Below are positions 25,661-39,554 of a stretch of 64,000 nucleotides of DNA, piece by piece. The notes beneath the pieces are model-generated. The model did no database searches. It saw only the letters and a program-made list of their open reading frames with translations, and was not told the DNA's origin. The stretch's first letter is position 1; each line of letters opens with the position of its first letter. The translations under genes were made by a program, and so were the position numbers. Location of the stretch: NCBI GenBank assembly GCA_951406725.2, contig OX597821.1:91512001-91576000 (forward strand). Direction: 5' to 3'. Source of the DNA: Octopus vulgaris. Lineage: Eukaryota.

Positions 25661-27693
25661 GTTTCTTTATTGGCCACACAGGGCTGCACACAGATGGGAC
25701 AAGTTACAAGGTAGAGCTTTTCTTTTGGGGGATGAAAAAAAGGGGGTGGCGTAGGTTTTCGATCAAGAGGGATCGTAAAAGGGAAGAAAAGAACAAAAAA
25801 AAAAGAATTTAAAAAAAAAAGAATAAAAAATAAAAAGAATAAAAGAAAAAGAAAAAAAGAAAGGGAAAGGAACAAAAGAAAAGAGAAATGAAAAAAGAAG
25901 AAAAAGGGGGAAAAAAAAGGGGAAGAGGTAAAAAAAGGGGAAGAGGAAAAAAAAAAAAAGGAACGATCAATAGGGATCGTGTATCACAGTGTAATGATAT
26001 ATGGTGTAAAGGGGAAAGCAAGTAAGGTTTATCCGTGGGAAGAAAAGCCTACGAAAAAGACCACGGTAACCTTGGTCAATATTGTTATATGTTACCACAT
26101 TTGTTTGCAAGTGGGTAACCCTCTGTTTTCAATTTCTGGGTTCATAGGATTATGCTCAAGGTGGCTTCGTCATTCATACGTGCCATCCTTGCTACATTCA
26201 CCCATCTTTTTTTAAAACATTCGCTAGACAAAACTTGCCTCTCTACTCTCACTTTCATTTTCAATTGGTACTTGAAGAAGTTGATGAGAGATTGACCAGA
26301 GAGGAAAGTGTTTGTCTCCAATCCTTTCAGACGCGTCCACCAGATACATTCCTTCGCTATAGCCACAAGGATGATGAAAATAGCTCTTCCTTCCTGTTTG
26401 AAGGAAGGAGGCGTGACAATATTGACGATAGACTCAGCTGATAAACCGACTCGTCCCACACGTGACAGCAGTTGTTCGACACAAGCCCACAGGTCGGAAA
26501 TTGTTGGACACTGCACGAGTGCGTGCAGAACGGTTTCGTCTCTCTGACCGCATCTCGGGCAGGTCGGCCCCGTGTTTCTCGAGCCGTGTCTGTAGAGCTT
26601 ATCCCGAATGGGTAGCGCTTCTCGGTAACACTGCCAGGCCAGGGATCTCTGGAAGTTGTCCATGGGCCCTGGCCCGAAAGTCGTCCTGAACAGACGGGTC
26701 AGGTACTCCTCGTCGACGTCCAGGTTCGCCCCGAGCTCATCGTCGTACCTCCCCTCCACTAATCCCCTATAGAATGCTTTGGTTGTGTTGAAGTCACTCA
26801 AGGTCGACCTAGGACAGCAGAGTTGCTTGAGAGCAACGCGACACTCGCGGTGCCATTCGCCCTTCCTCGGCCTCTTTTTGATCCACGACTGCAGTTCGGT
26901 CATGGAGACGAGCTGCGGGAAAGCGTGCCTCACAAACGGCAACCACACCTGTTCACCGTCGTCTACATAGAGCCAGAGATGTCGCAGTCTCAGCGCGTGT
27001 CTGCGCATCATCAACCACGGCATGCCCAGCCCTCCTTTTAACGGGTGTTGACAGCAAATGGATCGCCTGACCATCGGGATACATCCTTTCCACAAGAAGC
27101 GAAAGAGAATGCGTTGTAGTTTGGTGATGGTAGGGTCGGGACAATCTACGACGGTCAGGCGGTAGTAGATGACGGACGCGATGTACGTGTTCGCTACCTC
27201 CACCCGACCTTTTAGGGACAGTTTCCTCTCGGCCCATTGCCGGGCGAGAGTGACCACCCTACTCGTTATCTCGTTCCAGTTCTTCTCCACTTGGAGGTCC
27301 GGTCCAAACCAGACCCCGAGGAACTCAACCGGGCCGTCGGTCCAGCGTCCCACGACGGAGGCGCTGGTGGACGGCATGGGCTTGCTTCTCCAGGTGCCTA
27401 GTCACAAGCCTCTGACTTTTCCCGGTTGATTTTCGCTCCTGTCACCGCTTCGTAGTTTTTCAGTGTCTCGCTGACCTGCTCGATGTGCTCGTGGCTAGAC
27501 ACTATGACGGTGACGTCGTCCGCGTATGCAGACACGCTCGTCCCACATCCCAGTTCTCGCGGGATGCCCCTCAAAGTTGCCAGCTTCCGCAATAATGGCT
27601 CGAGAGTCAATACGTATAGAAGCGACGAGAGGGGGCATCCCTGACGGACCGAACGTGCGATGTCGAAGGGTCTCGATAGATGTCCATTCACGC

Positions 27694-27697
<4 letters not shown>
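25659..27697 (-). mobile_element. 5'-truncated Tx1/L1-clade LINE (RT plus CCHC finger plus 3' UTR) within (GATA)n
   Basis: [49 protein letters not shown]-x8-H-x4-C; one frameshift near 27400; AATAAA near the 3' end. Confidence 0.95.
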
Positions 27698-27764
<67 letters not shown>

Positions 27765-27765
27765 T

Positions 27766-27827
<62 letters not shown>

Positions 27828-27832
27828 GGATG

Positions 27833-27866
<34 letters not shown>

Positions 27867-27880
27867 GAGATAGATAGATA

Positions 27881-28088
27881 AGTTTCTTTATTGGCCACAC
27901 AGGGCTGCACACAGATGGGACAAATTACAAGGTACAGCTTTTCTTTTGGGGGATGAAAAAAACAAAAAACAAAAGAAACAAGAAAAAGTGGCATAGGTTT
28001 TCGATCAAAAGGGATCGTAAAAGGGGAAAAAAGGAAAAGAAACAAAAGAAATAGGAAAAAGAGAGGAAAAAAGGGGAAGTGGAAAATT
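27881..28088 (-). mobile_element. Second, 3'-UTR-only copy of the same Tx1-like LINE
   Basis: Same terminus gtgcagccctgtgtggccaataaagaaact|tatc; (GATA)n on both sides. Confidence 0.9.
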
Positions 28089-28143
<55 letters not shown>

Positions 28144-28172
28144 GGATGGATGAATGGATGGATAGATGGATG

Positions 28173-28231
<59 letters not shown>

Positions 28232-28295
28232 GGATATATAAATGGATGGTTAGATGGTTGAACGGATGGATAGATGGATAGATAGATAGGTAGAT
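28089..28295. repeat. (GATA/GATG)n array; further arrays at 25602-25659 and 27698-27880
   Basis: Seen directly. Confidence 0.95.
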
Positions 28296-28614
28296 AACTT
28301 TTGCCATTCTACAGCACTTTGGCTCACTTTGCTACTGGTCTGGAAATCAAGGATGAAAGAATGAGAATGGTCATGCAGCGCATCCCCTATACTAGATTAT
28401 TTATCCTATCTTTATAATGTATAATTACAAATTTTAGCTTCTTTTAGATTTTTTAATTGTATTGACCACTATTATTAGATGTTTTATTCTTGGTTATATA
28501 CATAATTCTAGATTGGACTTGAACAAAGAACCTTTAATTTTAAGCTTAGTATAATATTAATACTTTTATCCATTTGACCACTGACACACGTGCAATTTTT
28601 ATTATATCAATCAT

Positions 28615-29034
28615 ACTCTTTTTTACTCTTTTACTCTTTTACTTGTTTCAGTCATTTGACTGCAGCCATGCTGGAGCACCGCCTTTAATCGAGCAAATCG
28701 ACCCCGGGACTTATTCTTTGTAAGCCCAGTACTTATTCTATCGGTCTCTTTTTGCCGAACCGCTAAGTGACGGGGACGTAAACACACCAGCATCGGTTGT
28801 CAAGTAATGCTAGGGAGACAAACACAGACACACAAACACATACATATATATATATATATATACATATATACGACAGGCTTCTTTCAGTTTCCGTCTACCA
28901 AATCCACTCACAAGGCTTTGGTCAACCCGAGGCTATAGTAGAAGGCACTTGCCCAAGGTGCCATGCGGTGGGACTGAGCCCGGAACCATGTGGTTCATAA
29001 ACAAGCTACTTACCACACAGCCACTCCTACGCCT
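28615..29034 (-). mobile_element. SINE family B
   Basis: Full-length copy. Confidence 0.92.
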
Positions 29035-29616
29035 AATGTTAATTTTTGTTCCAAAATATTCTGAATTCAAATATTTTCATTTCTTCAGAGTAGATAGCTT
29101 ATCTACTAGTCATGCACTGGGCTCAATTAAAATGATTGTACCCTATACCCAATATCAAAAATTATCATCATAGAGAAACATGCTGAAATTATCAGACATC
29201 AGTGCAATGAAAAACTTTATGTTTTATAGGTTTTAAACACTTTTAGGATTACTCTGTCATGTATACTGTGTTGTTTTACATCCTATTTTGCAATTCCCAT
29301 CAACATCATCACCATTTAACGGTCATGTTCCATGCTATTTATATTTAAAATAAAACCAAATATCCAAATATATATATGAAGACAAATTTTACAGATGGAA
29401 TAGTTCAGCATAACTAGTGATACCTCACATGATTTAAATACTCAGAATAATTGTCCCTACCATCCAGACACCCGACATCAGTGATTATTATCTTCTTAAA
29501 TTAAATGCATTCCATAAAGTTTTTATGGATGCAATTAGAAACCAGTATTGAAATAGATTTTTCTGTTGTTGTTGTAGTAATTGTTATTGATGTTTTTGTT
29601 GTTGTTATTATTATTT

Positions 29617-29650
<34 letters not shown>

Positions 29651-30339
29651 ACACTGATATCATTCTGCTGATCACCCACTGATGGCAGGATGTAAAAACA
29701 TTGAATGTATTCTCAGAAAAATCAACAAACATTTTATTGAAATATCATCAAGTTTGTTGGATATTTCTCTTTTTTTTTTTGCATTTATTTTGTTAATAAA
29801 AACAACTTGATTTATTCAAACTATCTTCATCTCTGACAGTCTGAATAAATCAAATTATCATAGCAACACCAGATCTCATTTTATCCAAAATCATGTTATA
29901 GTCGACATTGATGTGGCTATTGGATTTTGTTGTAGAGGCATCATACTTCCTGAAGATATTAGCCTTTTCTTTTTCATATATTTATCACTATTACCATGTT
30001 ATTAAGGCAGTGGAGAGCAGAATTGATGGAATGGCAGCAGAGAAAAAGCCTTGCAGTATTTAGTTACACCTCTTTATGTTCTGAGTTCATATTATGCTAA
30101 GATCAACTTTGCGTTTCTTCTTTTCAGGATTCATTAAATCATTTGGGTTCACTTTGAAAATTTATTTGTTTTCTTATACCATTATCAGAAATTAGTTACT
30201 ATTATCTTGTTCATCAAGATCTTTTGCCTTTATCATCATCAGTGTAGTTTCAGGCTTACAAACTTACACAGTCTCTAACTGATCTACGTATGACAATCTC
30301 CATTTCATGCAATATATTATGGAGTAAATTGGCATTAGA

Positions 30340-31027
30340 TCCAATGTCAGTATGGTTTCTAGCAATTTAGGTCAATTGAAAGCTTTTGACAGGGTCACCC
30401 ATCAATAATAAGTAGCAGTAAAGTGGGTTTAGGCCCTATCTTCCGTGGTTGGATCACTAAAGGGAACTGAGGCATCTGTTCAGTGATAAAACTAAGTGGC
30501 CATCTATTGGAACTGTTCTGCATCTTATTCTCAGCTCACTAAGGATGTCCCTCTTGTCTCTTCATTATGTTTTGGCGTCCAAGCCATTGCTATAGTGGTT
30601 GGAGACTTTGAAGTCCATTTCACTCCTTCGGGATGTGGCTGACCTCATCATGATGGTATCAGACACATCAGAAATCTAGTTATCAACATTATACTGGAGG
30701 ACTACAAAGAAGTATCGAGAGCTTACATTGTCAAGAATATGCAAATGAGATTGAAGTTTAGCACCAAGAAGGGCAAGTACATGCTGCAAGGCAACTGTTC
30801 TTGTTGCTGGACCGAGGGTCTAGATTAGGTATTTGGGATCTGGTTTGGACTGAACCTCCTGGTAGACAAAACCAACAACATGACCTGGCTCACTGAAAAA
30901 TGGACTAAACAGAAGCTCATGCTGAAACAGCAAACAGTCCTGACAAAAGACAACATCAGTTCAACAGTAAATTATTGTCTGACTCTCATGATCTTTCCAC
31001 TTCAGGGACAATAAAATAGTACAAGTT
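30340..31027 (+). mobile_element. Old decayed Tx1/L1-like RT fragment
   Basis: KAFDRVTHQ, GLGPIFRGWI, SGHLLE, GCP, GIWFG, W..QKLMLK, with stops and frameshifts. Confidence 0.7.
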
Positions 31028-31033
31028 AAATAC

Positions 31034-31251
31034 TCAACTGGGGTCTGGGAAGCCAGGAGGCTGCGCCAGGCCGAGTCTGATCTGGCAGTGTTTCTACAGC
31101 TGGATGGCGTTAGGAAGGGCATCCAGCTGTAGAAACACTGCCAGATCAGACTGGGCCTGGCACAGCCTCCTGGCTTCCCTGACCCCAGTTGAACCGTCCA
31201 ACCCATGCTAGCATGGAAAACGGACGGTAAACGATGATGATGATGATGATG
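31034..31251 (+). mobile_element. RTE-LINE 3'-end insertion with 5' fold-back inversion
   Basis: 73-bp inverted arms, (GAT)n tail, AAATACT duplicated at 31028-31034 and 31252-31258. Confidence 0.85.
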
Positions 31252-31606
31252 AAATACTGTGAAAGATTCATTCAACAAGACCATAAACCAAATTTGTAGA
31301 CTTATACCAAAACTGAATGGCCTTCATTTAGCAACTGCACATGCTGGTGCTTTGGAAGTAATAAATATTAGTTGGGGTTCTTATTCCAAATAGACTATAA
31401 GTTTTCCCTTACCAGCTCTAGTTTTAAAGGTATCGCATAACATTTCATATGCTGATATACTGTCTCATGCACTGAAAACAGGGGCCCTGGTCTATTCTTG
31501 AGTATATTTGAGATACCATTGGCTTCACTCTCACCTTACTAATTAATAAATAAGCTGCTAGTTTGATACAAAAATATCAACAATATTAATGCCATCTATA
31601 TTTCAT

Positions 31607-31920
31607 TCATCATCATCATCATCATCATCGTTTAACATCCGTTTTCCGCGCTAGCACAGGTTGGACGGTTCGACTGGGGTCTGGGAAGCCAGGGGCTGCA
31701 CCAGGCTCCAGTCTGATCTGGCAGTGTTTCTACAGCTTGATGCCCTTCCTAACGCCAACCACTCCGCGAGTGTAGTGGGTGCTTTTTACATGCCTCCTGC
31801 ACAGGTGCCAGGGTAGTCTGGCATCGGCCACGATTGGTTGGTGCTTTTAACGTGCCACCGGCACGGAAGTCAGCCAAGGCGGCGCTGGCATCAGCCATGT
31901 TCGGATGGTGCTTTTTATGT
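31607..31920 (-). mobile_element. RTE-type 3' UTR fragment, (GAT)n-tailed
   Basis: Same family as 31107-31251, 37511-37677, 48780-49410 and 54725-55405. Confidence 0.8.
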
Positions 31921-32530
31921 GCTTTAATTCTCAATTAAAATAAGCACACTTTACTAAACCAGTTTAATACTTCCTTTAGTTTTTTAATACTTTTGCTCTA
32001 ATTTCCACTTCGCTATTTTTGCAGTAACTTCACGAGACTGAACAACAGCAATCTCACAGATTTGGTCCCCAAATAAATGATTTTATAAAAGGTTCACATT
32101 TCATGTATACAATGGACAAAATAAATCCTTTGTTGGATATTTGTGTTGGATATTTGTGTATTTCTGTTGTTAAAAACTTTATAGTCAACCATATGGCATA
32201 GAACTATGTTGAATTCATAGTGAAGATTGATCTCCAGTTTTAACAAGCTTCACTGTAACACGTGCAATCACTTAGACTGCTTCCCAGAAAAAAAAAACAA
32301 AATCTTGTTGATTTATATAGAAGAAAAAAAAACAAAACAAGGAGAATGATTTCATCGGGTTATAAAACAATGGAAAAGAGGCTCTAGGGAAAGTGTGATG
32401 CACATAATGGCAGATTACAGCTGGAACCTTCAAGGAGACTGACTAGTTAATTTCACTGCAGAAAGGTATATAAACGAAGTTTCTTGTGAGTTGAATAATT
32501 GATAACTTAATGTTTTATGGTTTTTGTGAT

Positions 32531-32862
32531 GGCGCATGGCTCAGTGGTTAGAGCGTCGAGCTTACGATCATGAGGTTGTGAGATCGAATCCCAGGCCGGG
32601 CTGCATGTTGTGTTCTTGAGCAAGGCACTTTATTTCACGTTGCTCCAGTTCACTCAGCTGTAGAAATGAGTTGCGACGTCACTGGTGCCAAGCTGTATCG
32701 ACCTTTGTCTTTCCCTTGGACAACATCGGTGACGTGGAGAGGGGAGGCCGGTATGCATAGGCGACTGCTGGTCTTCCACAAAACAACCTTGCCCAGACTT
32801 GTGCCTCAGAGGGTAACTCTCTAGGTGCAAACCCATGGTCAGTGTCTGACCGAAGGGGGTCA
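32531..32862 (+). mobile_element. tRNA-type SINE (family C-related)
   Basis: GGCGCATGGCTCAGTGGTTAGAGC A box, GATCGAATCC B box, shared central body. Confidence 0.85.
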
Positions 32863-33184
32863 CTCACTATGGTTTTTGCAATCTTTATGTTTGTGGCAGT
32901 TTCATGCATGTTTCAACTACACCAATGAGTTTTCTTCCAGGTTGCAGATAAGTGTGCAGCATCTCCACTCATAAATGTAGAATTGTGTTTTTTTTTTCAT
33001 GCAATAATTATATGGCTTTGTTGTTGGATGGGGTTCATCATTTCTGGAATAATTTTACTGTGTTGTATTTTGATTAGTGTATGTGCAATATGAGTTGTCT
33101 CATTTTATAGGATGGTGCTCATGTGTTGCATATTTCCAGCAGCTTTTGTTAAGGGTTTTGGTGTCAGATAGTGATTCTGTAGGG

Positions 33185-33403
33185 CAGTGGTTTTCAACCA
33201 GGGTTCCATGGAACCTTAGCGTTCTGCCAGTACAGTCCAGGGGTTCCGCAAGAAGTTACAAAACTGCTAAAATAGGCAGTAATTTTTAATTCTCCTGTGC
33301 AGATATGTGAGCATAAGACTATTAAATTATTGCACAGGGGTTCCTCGACCCAGTGAAATGTTTCCTTGGGGTTCCGCTCCAGCAAAAAGTTTGAAAAGCA
33401 CTG
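33185..33403. mobile_element. hAT-type MITE
   Basis: TIRs CAGTGGTTTTCAAC / GTTTGAAAAGCACTG; 8-bp TSD CTGTAGGG / CTGTAGAG. Confidence 0.88.
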
Positions 33404-33714
33404 CTGTAGAGTATGTGTTTTGCAGGCTATATTACATGATATATGAGTAGAATATGAGTTGAGTATTGATACGTTGACATTATAGTGTTAGACATTGAAT
33501 ATATAGGAGCATATGTGTGTTGTGGAAGTTGTGTTATTTTATTTGGTGTTTAATGTGTTGTATGTATAATCTGAGTGCAGAGAATGTACTGAATACAATT
33601 TTTGTACACAAACGAATAGAAAGTGTGTTGTGTAGCATGCAAGGTGTCATTAATGGGAATAGACTTCTGGGACTGCTGCGTGCGATGTTGTGAACACTGG
33701 TCTGCTTTACATAC

Positions 33715-34116
33715 CTTTTACTCTTTTACTCTTTTACTTGTTTCAGTCATTTGACTGTGGCCATGCTGGAGCACCGCCTTTAATCGAGCAACTCGACCCC
33801 AGGACTTATTCTTTTGTAAGCCCAGTACTTATTCTATCAGTCTCTTTTGCCGAACCACTAAGTTACGGGGACGTAAACACACCAGCATCGGTTGTCAAGC
33901 GATGTTGGGGGGACAAACACAGACACACATATATATACATATATACATATATACGACAGGCTTCTTTCAGTTTCCGTCTACCAAATCCACTCACAAGGCT
34001 TTGGTTGGCCCGAGGCTATAGTAGAAGACACTTACCCAAGGTGCCACGCAGTGGGACTGAACCCGGAACCATGTGGTTGGTAAGCAAGCTACTTACCACA
34101 CAGCCACTCCTACGCC
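33715..34116 (-). mobile_element. SINE family B
   Basis: Full-length copy. Confidence 0.92.
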
Positions 34117-34159
34117 TTTGCTCATGTTTCTGTTTATCATCTCAGTTATCATTAATGAA

Positions 34160-34475
34160 AGTGCATAGCTGAGTGGTTAGCATATTCATCTCATGATTGT
34201 AAGGTTGTAAGTTCAATTCCTGGCAGCACATTGTGTCTTAGAGCAAGACACTTTATTTCGTATTGCTCCAGTAAACTCAGCTGATAAAAATGAGTTGTAC
34301 CTTTAATTCAATTCAAAGGGGCCTGCCTTGTCAACTTTTGTGTCATGCTGAATATCACTGAGAACTATGTTAAGGGTTTGCATGTCTGCAGTGTACTCAA
34401 CCACTTTCACATTAATTTCATGAGCAGGCTGTCCCATTCATCAGATTAACTGGAACACTCATTCACTTAACTGGT
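34160..34475 (+). mobile_element. Diverged SINE (family C-related)
   Basis: tagctgagtggttagc A box, gttcaattcc B box, gagcaagacactttatttc body. Confidence 0.7.
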
Positions 34476-34603
34476 AGAGCTCTGTACACTTTTTGCTGTT
34501 ATACTTTTCATCTTGGTTAATTTTGTTTTAATTACATTTTACTTAAATTGTTTCTCTACTTAATCTCAGGCAATAATTCAAACTGAAGAAATCAAATTGT
34601 CAT

Positions 34604-35035
34604 TTACTCTTTTCCTTGTTTCAGTCATTTGACCGTGGCCTTGCTGGAGCACCACCTTTAGTCAAGTAAATCGACCCCCAGGACTTATTTTTTGTAAGCC
34701 CAGTGTTTATTCTATCGGTGTCTTTTGCTGAACCGCTAAGTTACGGGGACGTAACACACTAGCATTGGTTGGCAAGTGATGTTGGGGGGAAAAAAAAAGA
34801 CACACAAACGTGTACACACACACGCATACATATATATGCATATACATATATACGACAGGCTTCTTTCAGTTTCTGTCTACCAAATCCACTCACAAGGCTT
34901 TATGTTCCGAGTTCAAACTCTGCTAAGGTCGACTTTGCCTTTCATCCTTTCAGAATCGATGAATTAAGTACCAGTTGAGTACTGATGTCGATGTAAATGA
35001 TTATACCTCTCCTCTAAATTTCAGGCCTTGTGCAT
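34604..35035. mobile_element. SINE B (minus) abutting a partial SINE A (plus)
   Basis: Junction at about 34900. Confidence 0.8.
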
Positions 35036-35077
35036 ACAGTAGATAGGTTTATAATAATAATAATAATAATAATAATA

Positions 35078-35118
<41 letters not shown>

Positions 35119-36091
35119 ATTGGATGGCAGAGTCAGTAGAGCTAGAATGATGAAGATGGTGATAAGGACAATGATAACAATCACGATAAAGATGATGATG
35201 ATTGCTATTGTCATTTCTCATTTTCTTCAGCATCATTTTCAGAAAATTTGAAGAGAGAGATTATATCATTTACTCAGTTTTAATTTTCATTTTTGAATAC
35301 ATATGCACTCACACACATGCACATATATACACACATATATACATATATGTATATATAGATGTATATATTTAATTGTTCACATTTCTAAATTTTCCCACCT
35401 TACTAAATGCTTTTTAAACTCAATTTGTAGTCCCGGAAATTAGAAGAACATTTTATTGTTTTGTGACAATTAGCTAAAAAAAAAAAACCAAAAAAAAGCT
35501 ACCATCAGCTTATCACCCAAAACAAAATCAGTAAAATATATATAAAAAAAAAGCGTAAAGTACAAAAGTAAAAAAAAGACAAAAAACCACAAAAGTAAAA
35601 AAAAAAGAAGAAAATGAAAAACAATTTATTACAACTACACTACAGCAAGAGCAGCAGCAGCAGCAGCAGTAGTAGCAACAACAGTTTTTGCTGATTGCTA
35701 ATTGATGATGGCAATGGTAAGTAGGATAAGCGGGGAGGTACATATATTAAATTCTATCGCATAACTTCTCATATCGTATTTTGTCAAAGATATATATTTA
35801 AATAAATAAAAAAATATATATAATAATTAAATTTGAAAATAAGCCAGAAAAGAAATTAAATAAAATGGAATAAGATTATGGGTGAGTGGTTTGTAGGGGG
35901 ATGGAGAAGAGGGGTTGTAAGAATTTATAATAAAATTTCCAAGTTTTCAAAATTATTACATTAGCCCGGAAATAGTAAATCAATTGCTACGAATGTGATT
36001 GAATGATGAGTGAGTGATAATCATAGTTTTATATTCCTTTTATTTGTTAATGTGCAATTTGTTTTTCATTAATGTATATATATATACATTA

Positions 36092-36125
<34 letters not shown>

Positions 36126-36145
36126 ATAATGTATATATTCTTGTG

Positions 36146-36178
<33 letters not shown>

Positions 36179-36469
36179 ATAAATATGCATTGCACACACA
36201 CATACATGCATATGCATATGCATGTGTGTGTGGATATACATACACATACACACAAACGCACAGTTATTAATATATATGTACGTGTGTGTGTATGTGAATA
36301 TGCTTGTGACTAAGTATGCTAGTGGCTGTATGAAAAATATCTGTCATTATCTAAGGAATTACAATTTTACTAAATCTTCATTTCTTTATTACTAAATCTA
36401 ATTAATTAATTTAAATGCTGATAGTTTTCTATGCATATATATGTATTTTTGTATAATTATATATCTAAG

Positions 36470-36509
<40 letters not shown>

Positions 36510-36766
36510 TATGTAGGTATTTATCCATTAGAAACATGTATATAGATACAGACATATACATACATAGGTATAAACGCATGCACAAACATACACACAAAAA
36601 ACACACAAACACATACTTATATATTAGTGAACACAATTGAAAGAGCATTAAATTGTAATGGGCATCAGTGTATTATACTAAATACACATAAACCATATAA
36701 AGGTATGGAGCTGTGTTTTTTGTCTGAGAGAAAATCTCTTCAGAGACATACTGTGTTAAAAACACT

Positions 36767-36798
<32 letters not shown>

Positions 36799-37510
36799 GT
36801 GTGTGTATATATATATATGTGTGTGTATGTATGTATGTATGTATGCATGTATGTATGTATATATAACAGATGTCTCTGTAGCAGTAAGTTACTTAACATT
36901 AGATGTGTTGTGTCCTTCTTGAGGTGTGATATATACCCATTTGTCTCATGCTTGAATCAAATTCTGGCTTTGATATGTAAGAAATGGTTAATTATATATC
37001 CACTGCTATTGTGGAACACTTGCCAAGCTACACATGTAGTGTGTATACAATTCGTACAATATGCAGAGGCAATTTTAATTTTAGTGTTGTTTCAATTGCA
37101 TTCTCTGAATTTTTTTACAGCCCAGGAAGCATTCAGTAACATGAATGTATTTTTCAACTTTCCATATATTTAAGTACAAATTTTGTTAGAACTCCTCAAA
37201 ACAAATAGTTATATGTTATTGACAAGTCATAAAAAGGCTGAATCTTGTCCAACATTTACTATGAGTCACTGCTGTGGGGATCTTCATTTTACATCAGGAT
37301 ATATACTGTTTTCAGTACTTGTCTCCAAAGAGATTTTCATAATTCCTCATATTCCCACAAAACTTCTTCCACAAATTCTCAATGGTTCGAGATGCTTCAA
37401 GGGTGATAGAAGAAGCCGACTCAACTCACCCAGGGTGAATGTCGCCACAAGTACAAGTAAGTACTATGTGTATATCCATGTATATGGATGTACACATATA
37501 TAAATATATA

Positions 37511-37677
37511 TCATCATCATCATCATCATCATCATTTAACGTCCGCTTTCCATGCTAGCATGGGTTGGACGGTTCAACTGGGGTCTGGGGAGCCCGAAAG
37601 CTGCACCAGTCCAGTCAGATCTGGCAGTGTTTCTACAGCTGGATGCCCTTCCTAACGCCAACCACTCCGAGAGTGTA
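37511..37677 (-). mobile_element. RTE-type 3' UTR fragment
   Basis: (CAT)n followed by ttaacgtccgctttccatgctagcatgggttggacgg. Confidence 0.8.
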
Positions 37678-39210
37678 AAAGGACAAATTTATATATATAT
37701 ATATATAGATATCTAAGAATGCATAAGCCAGAGAAACATTCATGCATATATTATCTAACAGAGGCGGGATATTAATATATGCAATACAGTATGATAGACT
37801 CATTTTAGCCTGTTGTGCAAATAAACTGTGTACAGAATAGTGTTGGTAAACTAATCTCAGCTCTCATCATCTGAGCATGAAGGATAAGGTGTGTGATAGT
37901 CTCTTTGCTACAATAGGTAAGAGAATTTCAGATTTGGTTTACTGATGTTGTAGAAAATTGGAATGAAAACTGTGGAAGAAAACTCAAAGAAAACACATTT
38001 CAATCAGAGCCATTTCTGTATATGAGGTAAATACCTGTAGAGTGAGGTTTGTGATGAGATTGATGTGTGTGCTGGGGAAGGTGTAATTAGGGGAGTGTTC
38101 ATCTTAAAATCATATGGATGTGTATGTGTATGTGAGTGTTTGTATGCATATAAGTTAGGTGGGGCAAACCTTATGCTAAATCCTCTGATTGTGATGATGG
38201 GAAATACTGAGAGGAAAGCCTTATTTGTTTTTTAATGGCAACAAGAAATACATACACTGCTTAGCAGAGAAAAAATTCATATTAAAGTATTCTCTTCACC
38301 TGAACACCCATGTAAACTAGAAAGTGAAAATTCCCACACCTGCCACAGATTTGTCACTGGAAAGTGGCTGACCATACCGTGAATACAAAAGTTAGGGTCC
38401 CTCCCACCTTTAATATTTTCATTCATTACATTGGCATAAGTGTTGCCATGCCAATTTATTGCATACAAACACATATACATACATGTATGTGTCCACAGAT
38501 GATTTTATGAATAATCCTCTTTACCCCCATTTCCCACTACCCCTTGCACTCTTTAATCCCGTCCCATCATCACCTAACCGTGAACCCCAATTTACACTGT
38601 GTTGTCACTATTTTGTCCCTTTCCAAGTGACATAATTCTCATGAACAAAAGTCTCCCTTCTAAGATTTTCTCCTAAAAGGTTTTGTTCGGAATCCATAAA
38701 TTAGATGTGATACTTTCTGACTTTCAGTGGCAAAGGGTCCATGTCTTACATTTCCTACCAACCCTTTTGGTGGGTGCCAAGACTGGTTTACCCAAATTCT
38801 TGTGTACACAACTGACTGGTAAAATAGACAGAAATGAAGCTGTAATAGAGTATTGTAAAATATTTAATATATGTATTTGTGTGGGTGTGTGTGCATGTGT
38901 GCGTGTATATACATTTATGCTTAAATATATATGCATGTGTGAATAAGCTTATATGTCTATTTATACACACACACATTCGTAGATATATGCACGCACACAT
39001 TCATGTATGTGTGTGTGTGTGTGTGTGCGCCTGCACACGCATATGTATGCATGCAGGTATGTATGTGTATAGATATATATATATATTAATTTGAGACAAT
39101 GAAATCATTATAAAATCAAATGAAAAATATCTTATCAAAAATCTATAATGTTCAGAAAGAAACTTCGAAATTTAATGATACATAAGTAGAGAGATAGATA
39201 GATAGATAGA

Positions 39211-39241
<31 letters not shown>

Positions 39242-39554
39242 TGAGAGAGAGATGGAGAGAGAGATGGGGAGAGAGAGAGAGATGGAGAGAGAGGATGTTG
39301 AAGGAAAGAGCATGTGAGAAACAGAGCACCAGAGAAAGTGGGAGAGAAGAGAAAGAAAGAGTGTGTGTGAAAGAATTGAGATAAACTGAGTTAGAGAAAA
39401 GGTAAAAAATAAATTTATTTTCAATTATTTAGTTTTATTGCTTGCTATCTTTATAGCTCATTAGTCTAATTTTAATTACTTTCCAGTTGTGATGAAGCTT
39501 ATAATACTGTCACAACTTCTGCTAATATTACTTATAGTACTACTAATAATCCTT

